Below, in pieces: positions 1 through 9,982 of a stretch of DNA of 33,000 nucleotides. The translations under genes and the position numbers were made by a program. Origin of the DNA: Laetmonice hystrix (lineage: Eukaryota); contig OZ249445.1 of assembly GCA_965235115.1 (NCBI GenBank), positions 10,447,001-10,480,000 of the forward strand, read 5' to 3'. Under the pieces are notes generated by a model, which worked only from the letters and a program-made list of their open reading frames with translations, had not been told where the DNA came from and did not search any database. Position 1 is the first letter of the stretch. The number at the start of each line of letters is the position of its first letter.

Positions 1-2160
1 CCAACACTGGTGCTACTGATGCTTTATGCTGTTCTAATCCCATTCATTGCCCCAAGTGAGCACTACAGCTGATTGGAACTGTCTAATCATCTTGGTTCGT
101 CCATGCCTGGAGCAACATCATCAGAGGCCAAGCCTTGCAGGAGCCCTTTCCCGTCTAAACTTTAGAGAACGTCACTGAGCAGTATAAGGGCACTGAATAG
201 GCACCAGGCTACCTCTGTGACGAGCACGAAATAAAATCCAGCTAATTACTACTGCAATATCAAACCATACAGTGCAACGAGAGACCAGCATTGGGGAAGT
301 CTCTTTCTGATAATTGTCTTGTAAATTAAAAAGATAGATTGACGACATAATAGTGACGAAAATTTAAAAAAAAGAACAATGAATCAATCAATAATCGTAG
401 TTTTCCAAATGAAAAAAAAAACAATTAGAATGTAATTATGTAATGTTTTATGTTATTTTGGAAACTGAATGAAGTAGGCGTCAGCTTGTTACACGTTTTC
501 CCGCCTGATCATGTCACCTATTCGCCTGTCCAGGAAACCGACATCATGCGATATCTCGATCTCTGATCACTCCAGACATGATGCGATTACCTCTAATTTT
601 GATGAATGACATACAAAGGCCACATAAGTACTTCACTAAAAATGTCTCAGGAGACACTGTCTGTTTGAGTTCACTGCATATGATGAATGCATCAATACTC
701 CGGCTACCTGACCTGCATAAAATGTTTCCAACTTTTATATCAGTAGTTCAGTAGTTGACATTGGTGTGACAACGTCAAAGGATATGGCATGCAGAGGCAC
801 TCCAGCGAATCCTCAGTTAAGCCTATTTTATCTTTATAAAGCGGCTTTAAAGAGGCGTTTCACACTAATAAACCTTGTCACACTTCAAATCAAACATGGA
901 AAGGCGAATTTCAATGCAAGGCACATTCAAAAACTCTCAATCTTGTAACAGGTTAACTGAACAAAATTTATTTGACGTTATGTTATTGGTTGATCTGAAG
1001 GGTTTTTTTTTTCTCTCTCTCTCAGAAATGCGAGTTTTAACATGCCAGATTACCTCTTGTGCTGTAGATTCCCATTCCTTTCAATTGGACCCCTGAATGT
1101 TTCAGAGAGTGACAATTCAGTATTTTGAAAACAAACATCAATACAAATATCCACATTCTCTCCTTCCACGCTATTATCGCCAGGAAAGTTTAAATGATCA
1201 TGATCGTGATTTACATTTATGTTGCGTCCAGCAGTCAGGCTCTCTAATTATTCACAAATGTTTACTTTGCACAGTACTCAAATCGTTAACGAAAAAAACG
1301 CAACCATTTATGTCACCAGCCGCCATACGCTAAAAGGCCTGACACGCCCACTACACACACGTTCACCAAAATTAAAAATAAAGAAATGATAATAACAACG
1401 CAACATCTCAATACTCTTTGACAGGCCATGTCAGCGATGGAGAATGGGAACAAACAAAAGCTAATCAGTAGAAAGGAAAAGCAGCTGCAAATCAACTCCT
1501 GTAGCAAAAACAGTGGTGGAGGGGGCAATCATGGCAAGCAATTATACACGCTGGAAACTGCCCACCTGACAGGCCTGGTAATGCAGTTGCCCTGTACGCC
1601 AGCTGGGCTCGTGGTCTCCAGCAGGCAATCAACAAGACACTACCCATAGCGGCCAACAACGCCGCATGAATGGGCATCCCGCCTCCAACCTCCGCCGTGC
1701 CAGACAACCACTCCTCAACATCAAGCTGCTATTTACGTGTCAGATATTTTTATCCCGAATGACAGCTTTTGTCAATGTCCCCAAATTTATATCAGGCAGG
1801 CAAAAGTCGGTGGCCATCACGTGACATTTTATATCACGGAAAGGGCTGTCAGTGAGAACCAATCAAAAGGGTAAGCCCCACATTTCTGTCAGAAAACTCG
1901 CCAGGCAAACCTGGCGCTGTTCTTTTGCATACTTTTTTTTCTATTTCTTAAAAAAAAAAATCCCGCTACCTGGAGATGACATGGACCGAGCTCACGTTGC
2001 GCCCCACGAGCTGCAGTGTTTTACAGAAAGGTTCCGAGCGGAGGGAGCTTTGCCAGGGGCATAGATAGCTGCTGTGGTCTGACACTCAAAACAAATTCTT
2101 CACATCTAAACCATTTGATGAGTTCAAACCACGGAGGACTGGTCGCAGCCCGTCCAGTCC

Positions 2161-2916
2161 CACCTCAAACACTCCCCATTGGTTCCCGACTCGACCTCCC
2201 CCCACCTCAAACACTCCTCATTGGTTCCCAACTCGGCCTCCTCCCACCTCAAACACTCCTCGTTGGTTCCTGACTCGGCCTCCTCCCACCTCAAACACTC
2301 CTCATTGGTTCCTGACTCGGCCTCCTCCCACCTCAAACACTCCTCATTGGTTCCTGACTCGGCCTCCTCCCACCTCAAACACTCCTCATTGGTTCCCAAC
2401 TCGGCCTCCTCCCACCTCAAACACTCCTCATTGGTTCCCGACTCGACCTCCCCCCACCTCAAACACTCCTCATTGGTTCCCAACTCGGTCTCCTCCCACC
2501 TCAAACACTCCTCATTGGTTCCTGACTCGGCCTCCTCCCACCTCAAACACTCCTCATTGGTTCCCAACTCGGCCTCGTCCTACCTCAAACACTCCTCATT
2601 GGTTCCCAACTCGGCCTCCTCCCACCTCAAACACTCCTCATTGGTTCCCAACTCGGCCTCGTCCTACCTCAAACACTCCTCATTGGTTCCCAACTCGGCC
2701 TCCTCCCACCTCAAACACTCCTCACTGGTTCCCGACTCGGCCCCGTCCTACCTCAAACACTCCTCATTGGTTCCCAACTCGGCCTCCTCCCACCTCAAAC
2801 ACTCCTCATTGGTTCCCGAGTCGGTCTCCTCCCACCTCAAACACTCCTCATTGGTTCCCGACTCGGCCTCCTCCCACCTCAAACACTCCTCATTGGTTCC
2901 TGACTCGGCCTCCTCC
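2161..2916. repeat. 42-bp minisatellite, 18 tandem copies, no indels
   Basis: Consensus CACCTCAAACACTCCTCATTGGTTCC(C/T)(A/G)ACTCGGCCTCCTCC. Units start at 2161, 2203 ... 2875, an exact 42-bp register. Only substitutions separate the copies. Confidence 0.98.
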
Positions 2917-3235
2917 GGCCGGCCGTGTCATACGACACTCAGACACTGACAGTGACGTCACTGAGAGTCTCTCACAGCACAACCAAATGGCACCATCCAG
3001 GACACTCCCGACATTCATAGCCGACGACATCGGAGAACCTGCTGTCTGTATGCATTTTCATACCTGTGGGACTTGAACCACACCCTGCAGTCTGGCTCAA
3101 TCACACTAACATGTTGATTCGTTAAGACTGTGTCATACGTTTACTGTCTCATACGGAGGTATACATTAGTTTTCCCATATGATGTAAGAAATAAAGGTGC
3201 ATGAAAAATGACTAGCAAGAAGAATGACAACTCAC

Positions 3236-3344
3236 CTTTCTTTCTTAAGTTCATGATTTTTCTTCTTGTAGGCTTCAACAACATTAAGAATCTGATTGGC
3301 AAACTGTTCATGGGCAAGTGAGACTTTCTGGGCAAATTCAGCGA
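3236..3344 (-). CDS. Internal coding exon (109 nt, phase 1 to phase 2) of a coiled-coil, possibly F-BAR/FCH-domain, protein
   Basis: The acceptor gtctttgtttttctgtactttcag| and donor GAAAG|GTGAGT are both near consensus. The open frame reads xAEFAQKVSLAHEQFANQILNVVEAYKKKNHELKKE(R/S), a strongly amphipathic helix. The F-BAR resemblance is from memory only. Confidence 0.75.
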
Positions 3345-5059
3345 CTGAAAGTACAGAAAAACAAAGACACCATGTTAAAATGTGTTGGGAGTATAGACAC
3401 TTTAAAAACTAAACAATACGGACTGTTTGATTATTATCCGTTGGCTGGGTTGGTTGGGGGGGGGGGTGCACTTAGGCACATAACCTTATTCACTGGGATA
3501 TCTATTTGCATAAAGCGTCATAAAGTTTTGAATGATACTTGTCCTTTAAGTTGCACATCATGAGATTTCTTTTCTTTGTCAGGAATATCAGAAGTTCCAT
3601 AATTTCATTTAAGGAGCCATTTTGTGTCGGGATTGTTCATGTATCAGTATTATGATATTACATAGCTTTATGCCGGAGTATACTAATACAACTGTTTATC
3701 TCCAAATTCCCAATGCCGACACTGATCAACACGACTCGAGTGGGAGATTTCCTTTTACAGGCCACAGCAGATTTCTGTATACTGCGCCATCTCATGACCA
3801 AACAAGGCATATGGCTTGACGCTCATCTCAGATGAAATGAAAATACCAAAGGTACAACGGTAAAGTCACCGTTCCCATCATTGGTGTCGTTTGCTTTAGT
3901 AGCTGAATCTTGAGAAGAGACAGCGCTGTTCCTGCCAAATGTATCACTTCGGCTTGTGTTACCGGACTTAATTATCACTGCATACAATACACACCATACA
4001 GAACACTCCAGCCATAGGACACCTTCAACAACGACGGCTAGCCACGATACATTGACGGGTACAAAGTAATCAACATCAAAAGATCCATTTAAAAATATTC
4101 TCACATTTCACATTTCAAATCGGCAGACAAACCATTATATTCTCCTAATAGCCCACGAATGTGTAACTTTAATGATCCATTACAGTCCAGAGTACAGAAC
4201 AAAAGAGCAAGGACGCATGAAATGAACTTCTCGCTAGACGGCTGTGATCGAAGCAGTTGTAACTGTAGCGGATTAATTTGCTGCAATATAAAATGGAGAT
4301 ACCCCAAAAGGCTACTACATGGTGTATCTGGTTCTTGTTTCAGTGACATTTTCAATAAAATAACTACCAAAACGGAGTTGTTAAATTTACAACTCGGTGA
4401 ATCGGGGTAAGGGTTTGTGGGGTCCTCATATTCATTCTGTCGGTAGGGGGCGCCACGCCCTGTGGTTTCCGACGGGAGACCGACACACACAGGATGCTCC
4501 AGCTAATGTTGACACAGCCTAACACATCATTCCACTGCCATTCATTATTAACAACCCCATTTGTTTCACTAACAGAATTACCCGATCAAGACAGATGGTC
4601 TTCTTGCTAGGCCTGTGGAACCTGCTGTTAGTACGAATTATTTGGGAGTATTTCACATTACACCTTACCGAGGCCTACATGTTTAATACCCATAAACAAT
4701 TTGCTCAATTCTGTCGCTACGGGCCGAAGAGTGCATCTCACGGGTTTTCACAATGCCTGATCACTTGTCACACTATTCAACTTGTTAGCTGCATCCAACT
4801 ACTGATTGGCATGTCACTCTCCTCGGAGCATGCTGAGTAGGGAATGCTGTTAGCACTTGTCCGGAATTTTTTTACAAAGTGGAGAAGGTACACAATTCTG
4901 GATGTATTAAATTAATTGTTGTCTACGATATATCTGTTAACATCAGTTTTCCTCTTCCTATCTCGATGCATAACGAGATACGCTGACTTCTCACAGAAGC
5001 ATAAATTGTCCTTTAAGGGACATGAACCGTCTTTGGCTATGGTTCACGGGTTGAATCGA

Positions 5060-5410
5060 AGCGCCCGGGAGTCATACAGGGAGATGGTGACCACCACTTT
5101 TTGTGCTAGCTGTCGGAGCCGACTGGGCGGCCACATCGTGTCCCGCGGTCTCCAATATGTCTCAGAGTCACCTGGACGGCTCCAGCTGCCTCCTTTAGTG
5201 GCCATATATCATGAGATCTCGCGGTAACCCCCCTTGTGGCCCGTACCCCTCCACAGCCGTCACTATCACTCAGTTGCCCTCACACCCGGCGCGGCCCCGC
5301 CCGGCCCGCCCGGCCCCGTCAGGCCCTGGGCCGACTCATGTCCGGGGACATTGGGTCCTGTCTCCAGAGTGGGCTGATTTATCTGGCCGCAATCAAGTGG
5401 TGCGCTAGCT
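5060..5410. promoter_or_regulatory. GC/CpG-rich island with GC boxes
   Basis: A local GC and CpG peak in an AT-rich background. CGGCCC(C)GCC-like units occur three times at 5292-5320, with CCGCCC Sp1-type boxes at 5295-5302 and 5305-5311. Function is not shown; it could be a TE interior. Confidence 0.35.
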
Positions 5411-6634
5411 GAAATTGCCTGTTCTCCTCCATGCCACTCCACAGTCCAGTCATGGTAATTAACGCTATAAACGGGAGCTAGCTGTCCAACAACAGCCGTT
5501 CGATTACCCCAACCACGTCAGCACAACGCTCTCAATACGCTTTCATCTTGGCATTTCAAGTCTATTTTGAAGAGCTAAAGAAATGACATTTGGTAATGGG
5601 TTCCATTTAGGTGATTCGAGATAACTGTAAAGGTTCTTCATTAAGAAAAAGAATGGCAACAATTATTTCTTTGACCCTCACTTATCGTTTTTCTTTCTAT
5701 TATCTCTTCACAAGTGTTATCCTTAACAGGAGGCAATCACTCGAGGTTAAAAATAGTTAACGTTCAATTTTTAATAGTCGGAAAGCAACCGGAATAGTGT
5801 CTCCAAACAGTGGGACGTCAAGTTGGCACGCATCCTACAGTGCACTTTGATCATTAACCCTAATGTCTGCTATATCAGTATATTGTTTTCAGTATCAGGT
5901 AACTAGGTATCATGGCTGCAGTAAGACACACATGCCAAGTCAGTTCAAAGTTTATGTCATCGTCTCAATCATCACAATTTCCCTTACAGATTCCAACATG
6001 GTTTCCTTCCCAACAACTGGTGCAGAGCAACCTATTTACGGTATACCTGCATTACCTGACGTCATCAAATGAACATGTTAATTTCTGGCATGAGATTCCT
6101 CATGTTTTATTCAAGTACACATTCCGCCAAAGCAGGCTTTTGATCTTAAAAGTTCAATACCGAGCGCGTCGTATCGTGTATGGTATACTCCCTGGGATAC
6201 AAGGCAGGAGATATAGTTCAGGTAATTAGGCCTGGGATAATGAAAATTACATTAGTCTCATTAGCGTCCCACTCAATTATTGCTACTCCTTCCTGCCTAC
6301 ATTCAGGCTACAGTAGGCGAGCGTGGCGCTAGCATGATACGACATGACAAGTTGGAGATAGCTGAGACGTACAATGGAATCATGAAAATGGTGTATTGTC
6401 TCAAGTTATGCCCATATTTCCAGTCCGTGCAGATCGGCCACAGGTGTGACCAATTGAACCTTCCGACCCTGACCTCTCCTATAGCACTGATGCCCATCAC
6501 AATCAACCTAGAGTGAAGCAGTTAGCAACTTTTCATTACACTAAATGCTTGGCTTCTGATCGTCTTGAAGTGTACTTCCCCCCATTAAATTACTGGCACG
6601 CTCGGACGTCATCTGCTTTCTAAACTTAGCTTAC

Positions 6635-6850
6635 CGGGAAGATCTGCATGTCACTACACATTGACAGGTGAGCTCGAGGATGGTTACCAACTAGCTTCGT
6701 TCTCTCGGATATCTCCCATTGCCTGGTACACTGATCACAATGACAATTACTGCTCCTGCTATAGCTTCTGGCTTCCCGCCATACATACGTAATAAAGGGT
6801 CGTTTTTCTGTTTCCATACTAGTACTTTGCAATTTTAACAAGTGATTCAC
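6635..6850 (-). CDS. Candidate symmetric phase-0 exon (216 nt), product unknown
   Basis: Strong acceptor gtgcatgttttctttcag| and donor CCG|GTAAGC. 72 open codons (VNHLLKLQ...CHCDQCTRQW...MQIFP). No recognisable homology. Confidence 0.25.
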
Positions 6851-7060
6851 CTGAAAGAAAACATGCACGGTTAGTCCAGGGGCTAACTTTGAATACAAAT
6901 ATTAAACAATATGGAATGGAATTGCCAAGGCGCGAGTGTAATATTAACAAACTGCCACCTGGCACTTGTTACGACAGTTTGAATTATTCAGCATTACAAC
7001 CGACAACTTAGTTACCCAGGATTCATTGATTGGGCTTCCCCTACCGGTTGTGTAGCGTGA

Positions 7061-7079
7061 CCCCCCCCCCCCCCCCCCC
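7061..7079. repeat. poly-C tract (C19)
   Basis: Homopolymer read directly. Similar C or G runs lie at 8123-8142, 11092-11106, 19980-19992 and 22733-22745. Confidence 0.95.
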
Positions 7080-7797
7080 AACAGGTGCCACCTGAGGGCA
7101 GCCAGGCTATAGTTTCTCACACTTAGGTGTTTCTGGGTGATCGCGATGGCGTACACACTTTACTTGTACTTGAGTAATAGGTTAGAAAGTAGGGAGTATT
7201 TATCAACTTCAGCTTCTATCGCACCGAATCTATAAATGTTGCCCTTGTCGGATTTCTGGAGTCGCTGAAGAGTTCAGTGAACTCCTCTGCCCCACAGTCT
7301 CCGGTTGTGACGTCAGTCTCCACCCAAAGCAACTCTTCACGTTTACTTACCGAAAAGGAGAAATTCAACGCAAACTCCCTCAACCCGGACAGATAATGAA
7401 GGCTGACCCCAATAAATCACGGTGATGAGGACAGTAGCCGTTCTGATGGGTAATCTTCACTGTGTGACACGTGCTGCCATGATTTAATCTTGGACAGATG
7501 ACAGACTGACTGAGGGTGGGATGTGGCTGGGACTGGCGAGTGGTCAGCTGTCAGTAGGAGGAGGATCTGGGTGTACGGCAGGGCTAGAAGTTTCCTTGAC
7601 CTGCGAAACGACCAGATACGATCGAGAACCACGTACAGGCCAGGAGGTGGAGACAGGGGTAGTAAGATGTCAATCAGTTTATAACGAGTTCGCAGAAAGT
7701 CGGGCAAAACAACATCCTTCCAGACTGAGCCACATGCTTTAAATCAAGTCGTAACAAAGTCCAAACAGGAACTTCAATAAAAGAAAGCACTTGCCAT

Positions 7798-8049
7798 ATC
7801 TTAAAAATGATAAAATCCATTTAATGAAGGAAATCGGTGTAACATCCATTGGGCCAACTTATTTGTATGATCACGTAAAAAAGGTTAAACTCTCTTATTC
7901 AATCTTTCATTGCGAAATCTTAAAAATGATAAAATCCATTTAATGAAGGAAATTCCCTCACAAAGTAGAAAATCGGTGTAACATCCATTGGGCCAACTTA
8001 TTTGTATGATCACGTAAAAAAGGTTAAACTCTCTTATTCAATCTTTCAT
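7798..8049. repeat. Near-identical tandem duplication (113 bp + 6-bp spacer + 133 bp)
   Basis: Copy 1 (7798-7910) and copy 2 (7917-8049) are identical except for a 20-bp segment, TCCCTCACAAAGTAGAAAAT, present only in copy 2. Confidence 0.95.
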
Positions 8050-8122
8050 ACTTGAACAATAATGCAATCGTAATTTAATCGCAATGCAACCAAAATTCTC
8101 TGAACATTTTTGGCAGCCGGTA

Positions 8123-8142
8123 CCCCCCCCCCCCCCCCCCCC
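8123..8142. repeat. poly-C tract (C20)
   Basis: Homopolymer read directly. Confidence 0.95.
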
Positions 8143-9032
8143 AATATCACTGGAAAAACCCCCATCAAAAATAAAGGTTTTCAACCCAGGAGAATTGCTT
8201 TAAATTTCAAAAAGTAAAAAATCCTCAATTATTTTTTCACTTTCACTTGGTCGCCGTCTTGGACTGGGTGGACCTCAAAACTGCTCCAGACTGGGGGCAG
8301 AATGATGATGGCAAGGTCTGGGGTGTCTGATCTGCAAGGCGAATTTTGCGATGTTCCCCCCATTATCTACTGTGAGTGGATTACTTAATATGTTTCTATT
8401 CTGTGGCATCACCTGGCACTGACCACTCCTATGCAAACAGACATGATGGCGTGGTATTATAGCTATAAATAGTAGGATCAAAGCAGACACAACACTACCA
8501 AATCTACCATGCCATCAGCCAATCATAATGCCACTAATTGTGATGGATTCACCTGACTGAAGACTAATTAACAGTTACTGATGAAACCAACTGCGCTGGA
8601 TCAACTACACCCGGCAGCTGGGTCCTACAGTATACAACAGTTAGAGCGGACGGAATAGCACCAGGCAAACATTGTGACCCTCTGAATACTACAGAAAAAG
8701 GGTTGGATTGTAACAACAATCACTATTTAACGGTATATTATCCATGTTCGGCGAGAGTGGGCAGTAATTGAGAGAACCGTACCTTTTTATTCTGACCACA
8801 TTTCAATCCACGGAACATTTGAACGCACCTGCTGTGCGAGTACAGCATGATAATAAATGGGCTGTGACAACGAATACCACTGTACTTACACCGGCCTCCA
8901 AACGTTTTAACTGTACTACTACCGGTGAGAGATGTTCACAGTCGAGAGACTAGTTCGGTGTACCAAATCGGCTATTCGATTACAAGCAGGTGCATCCGAC
9001 GTCAAAATATCAAAATATGGTACAATACCAAT

Positions 9033-9178
9033 CAGGGGCTCCTTTACGGAATTTTCACTTGGCGGCAATTGGAGAAGACGCCCACAGTTTACGCCCACAT
9101 TTTTTCTCAACCTGGGCGACAACCTTTCCCGACTGGGCGACATTTTTTGTCGCCAACTTTGTACCTTAGGAGGCCCTG
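9033..9178. mobile_element. hAT-type MITE (146 bp) with 8-bp target-site duplication
   Basis: The ends CAGGGGCTCCT... and ...AGGAGGCCCTG are inverted (10/11). Subterminal TTGGCG(G/A)CAA motifs are also inverted. Flanks ATACCAAT (9025-9032) and ATACCAGT (9179-9186) match 7/8. CAGGG ends with an 8-bp TSD are hAT hallmarks. Confidence 0.75.
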
Positions 9179-9890
9179 ATACCAGTGCCATACATTGCTT
9201 CAATGTATAAATCCAGAACGACTGCTGCTGTAGTTTGTAATGACGGTAACTGCCTAGGCCTACAGCATAAATATTTGAACGTCATTATTTATCACCTGAT
9301 ACGTGTCTTTCAATGACGAACTGTCTTCCCTTTTGGATAATGAACCATGAGGGAAAGGTCAGGACCACGCCTAAAACAACAAGTCCTATAACAACCCAAG
9401 TATACCGCTCCACGAACGTTATTGTCATACATGTCAACATATACCTGTCACACTGGGATTGTTTGTCATTGGCAGTCTTCCGGTTCGTCTGAATTCCCAT
9501 GTCGTCTAGAGTAAGAGAATACCCTTCCCCTCGAGCTCGTCACCAACTGGGCAACCTGAGCTCTTCTAATGAGCTCCTCATCACGAAGGTATACAGTCCC
9601 TCCTGTCAAACATTTCCGACTTATATTCTGTATCCGATCTAGTCATTTCCAAAGGCTTAATCACGAGCTTTACCTGATGTACCATTATATTGATGAAAAA
9701 CATAACTACACCTGTATGATAAAGATGTAAATAGCCTTTAGGGTCACCGTTCCTCTGGCCAGAAAATAAACCTGGGTTGAATTGAAGGCGTTTCCTAAGC
9801 GTAAAACAGCTCACAGGGTGGAGTCAAAACTGTCAACCTTTGAACGCTTAACTTCCTGCAGGCTGTGTGGTTCTAGATGTTCAAACTTAC

Positions 9891-9982
9891 TCTCACAAAC
9901 AACTGAGCTCAAGGAAGTTGTCCGTGTTCTACAACGTTCTGAAGTACCGGGTATGTATCCATCCGGCTCCATGAACTTTGGT
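9891..9982 (-). CDS. Candidate exon (92 nt, phase 2 to phase 1), product unknown
   Basis: Moderate acceptor catgtattacag| and strong donor GAGA|GTAAGT. Open frame PKFMEPDGYIPGTSERCRTRTTSLSSVVCE. Confidence 0.2.

Noticed and set aside
535-709. Region holding a phase-2-compatible exon candidate downstream of the F-BAR-like exon (SGSRSIDAFIICSELKQTV..., -)
   Set aside because: The acceptor is modest and the peptide does not continue the expected helical pattern. The true next exon may lie outside the window.
1816-1865. E-box ATCACGTGAC plus CCAAT box as a promoter
   Set aside because: Short motifs expected by chance in 33 kb, with no adjacent CpG island or first exon.
2124-2949. 256-aa (+), 147-aa (-) and 85-aa (+) repeat ORFs
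   Set aside because: They follow automatically from a stop-free 42-bp (14-codon) unit. The minus frame is broken by TAG in the GTCCTAC variant units, the starts are non-ATG, and no splice or promoter support was seen.
3068-3079. tRNA/SINE B-box GGTTCAAGTCCC (-)
   Set aside because: No convincing A-box, cloverleaf, tail or TSD.
7422-7513. C/D-box snoRNA-like arrangement GTGATGA..CTGA..CTGA (+)
   Set aside because: No terminal stem forms, and it is antisense to the likely minus-strand host gene.
9285-9500. GPCR-like DRY plus hydrophobic stretch (-)
   Set aside because: Only one hydrophobic segment, wrong post-DRY pattern, and no further TM helices even after removing the adjacent MITE.
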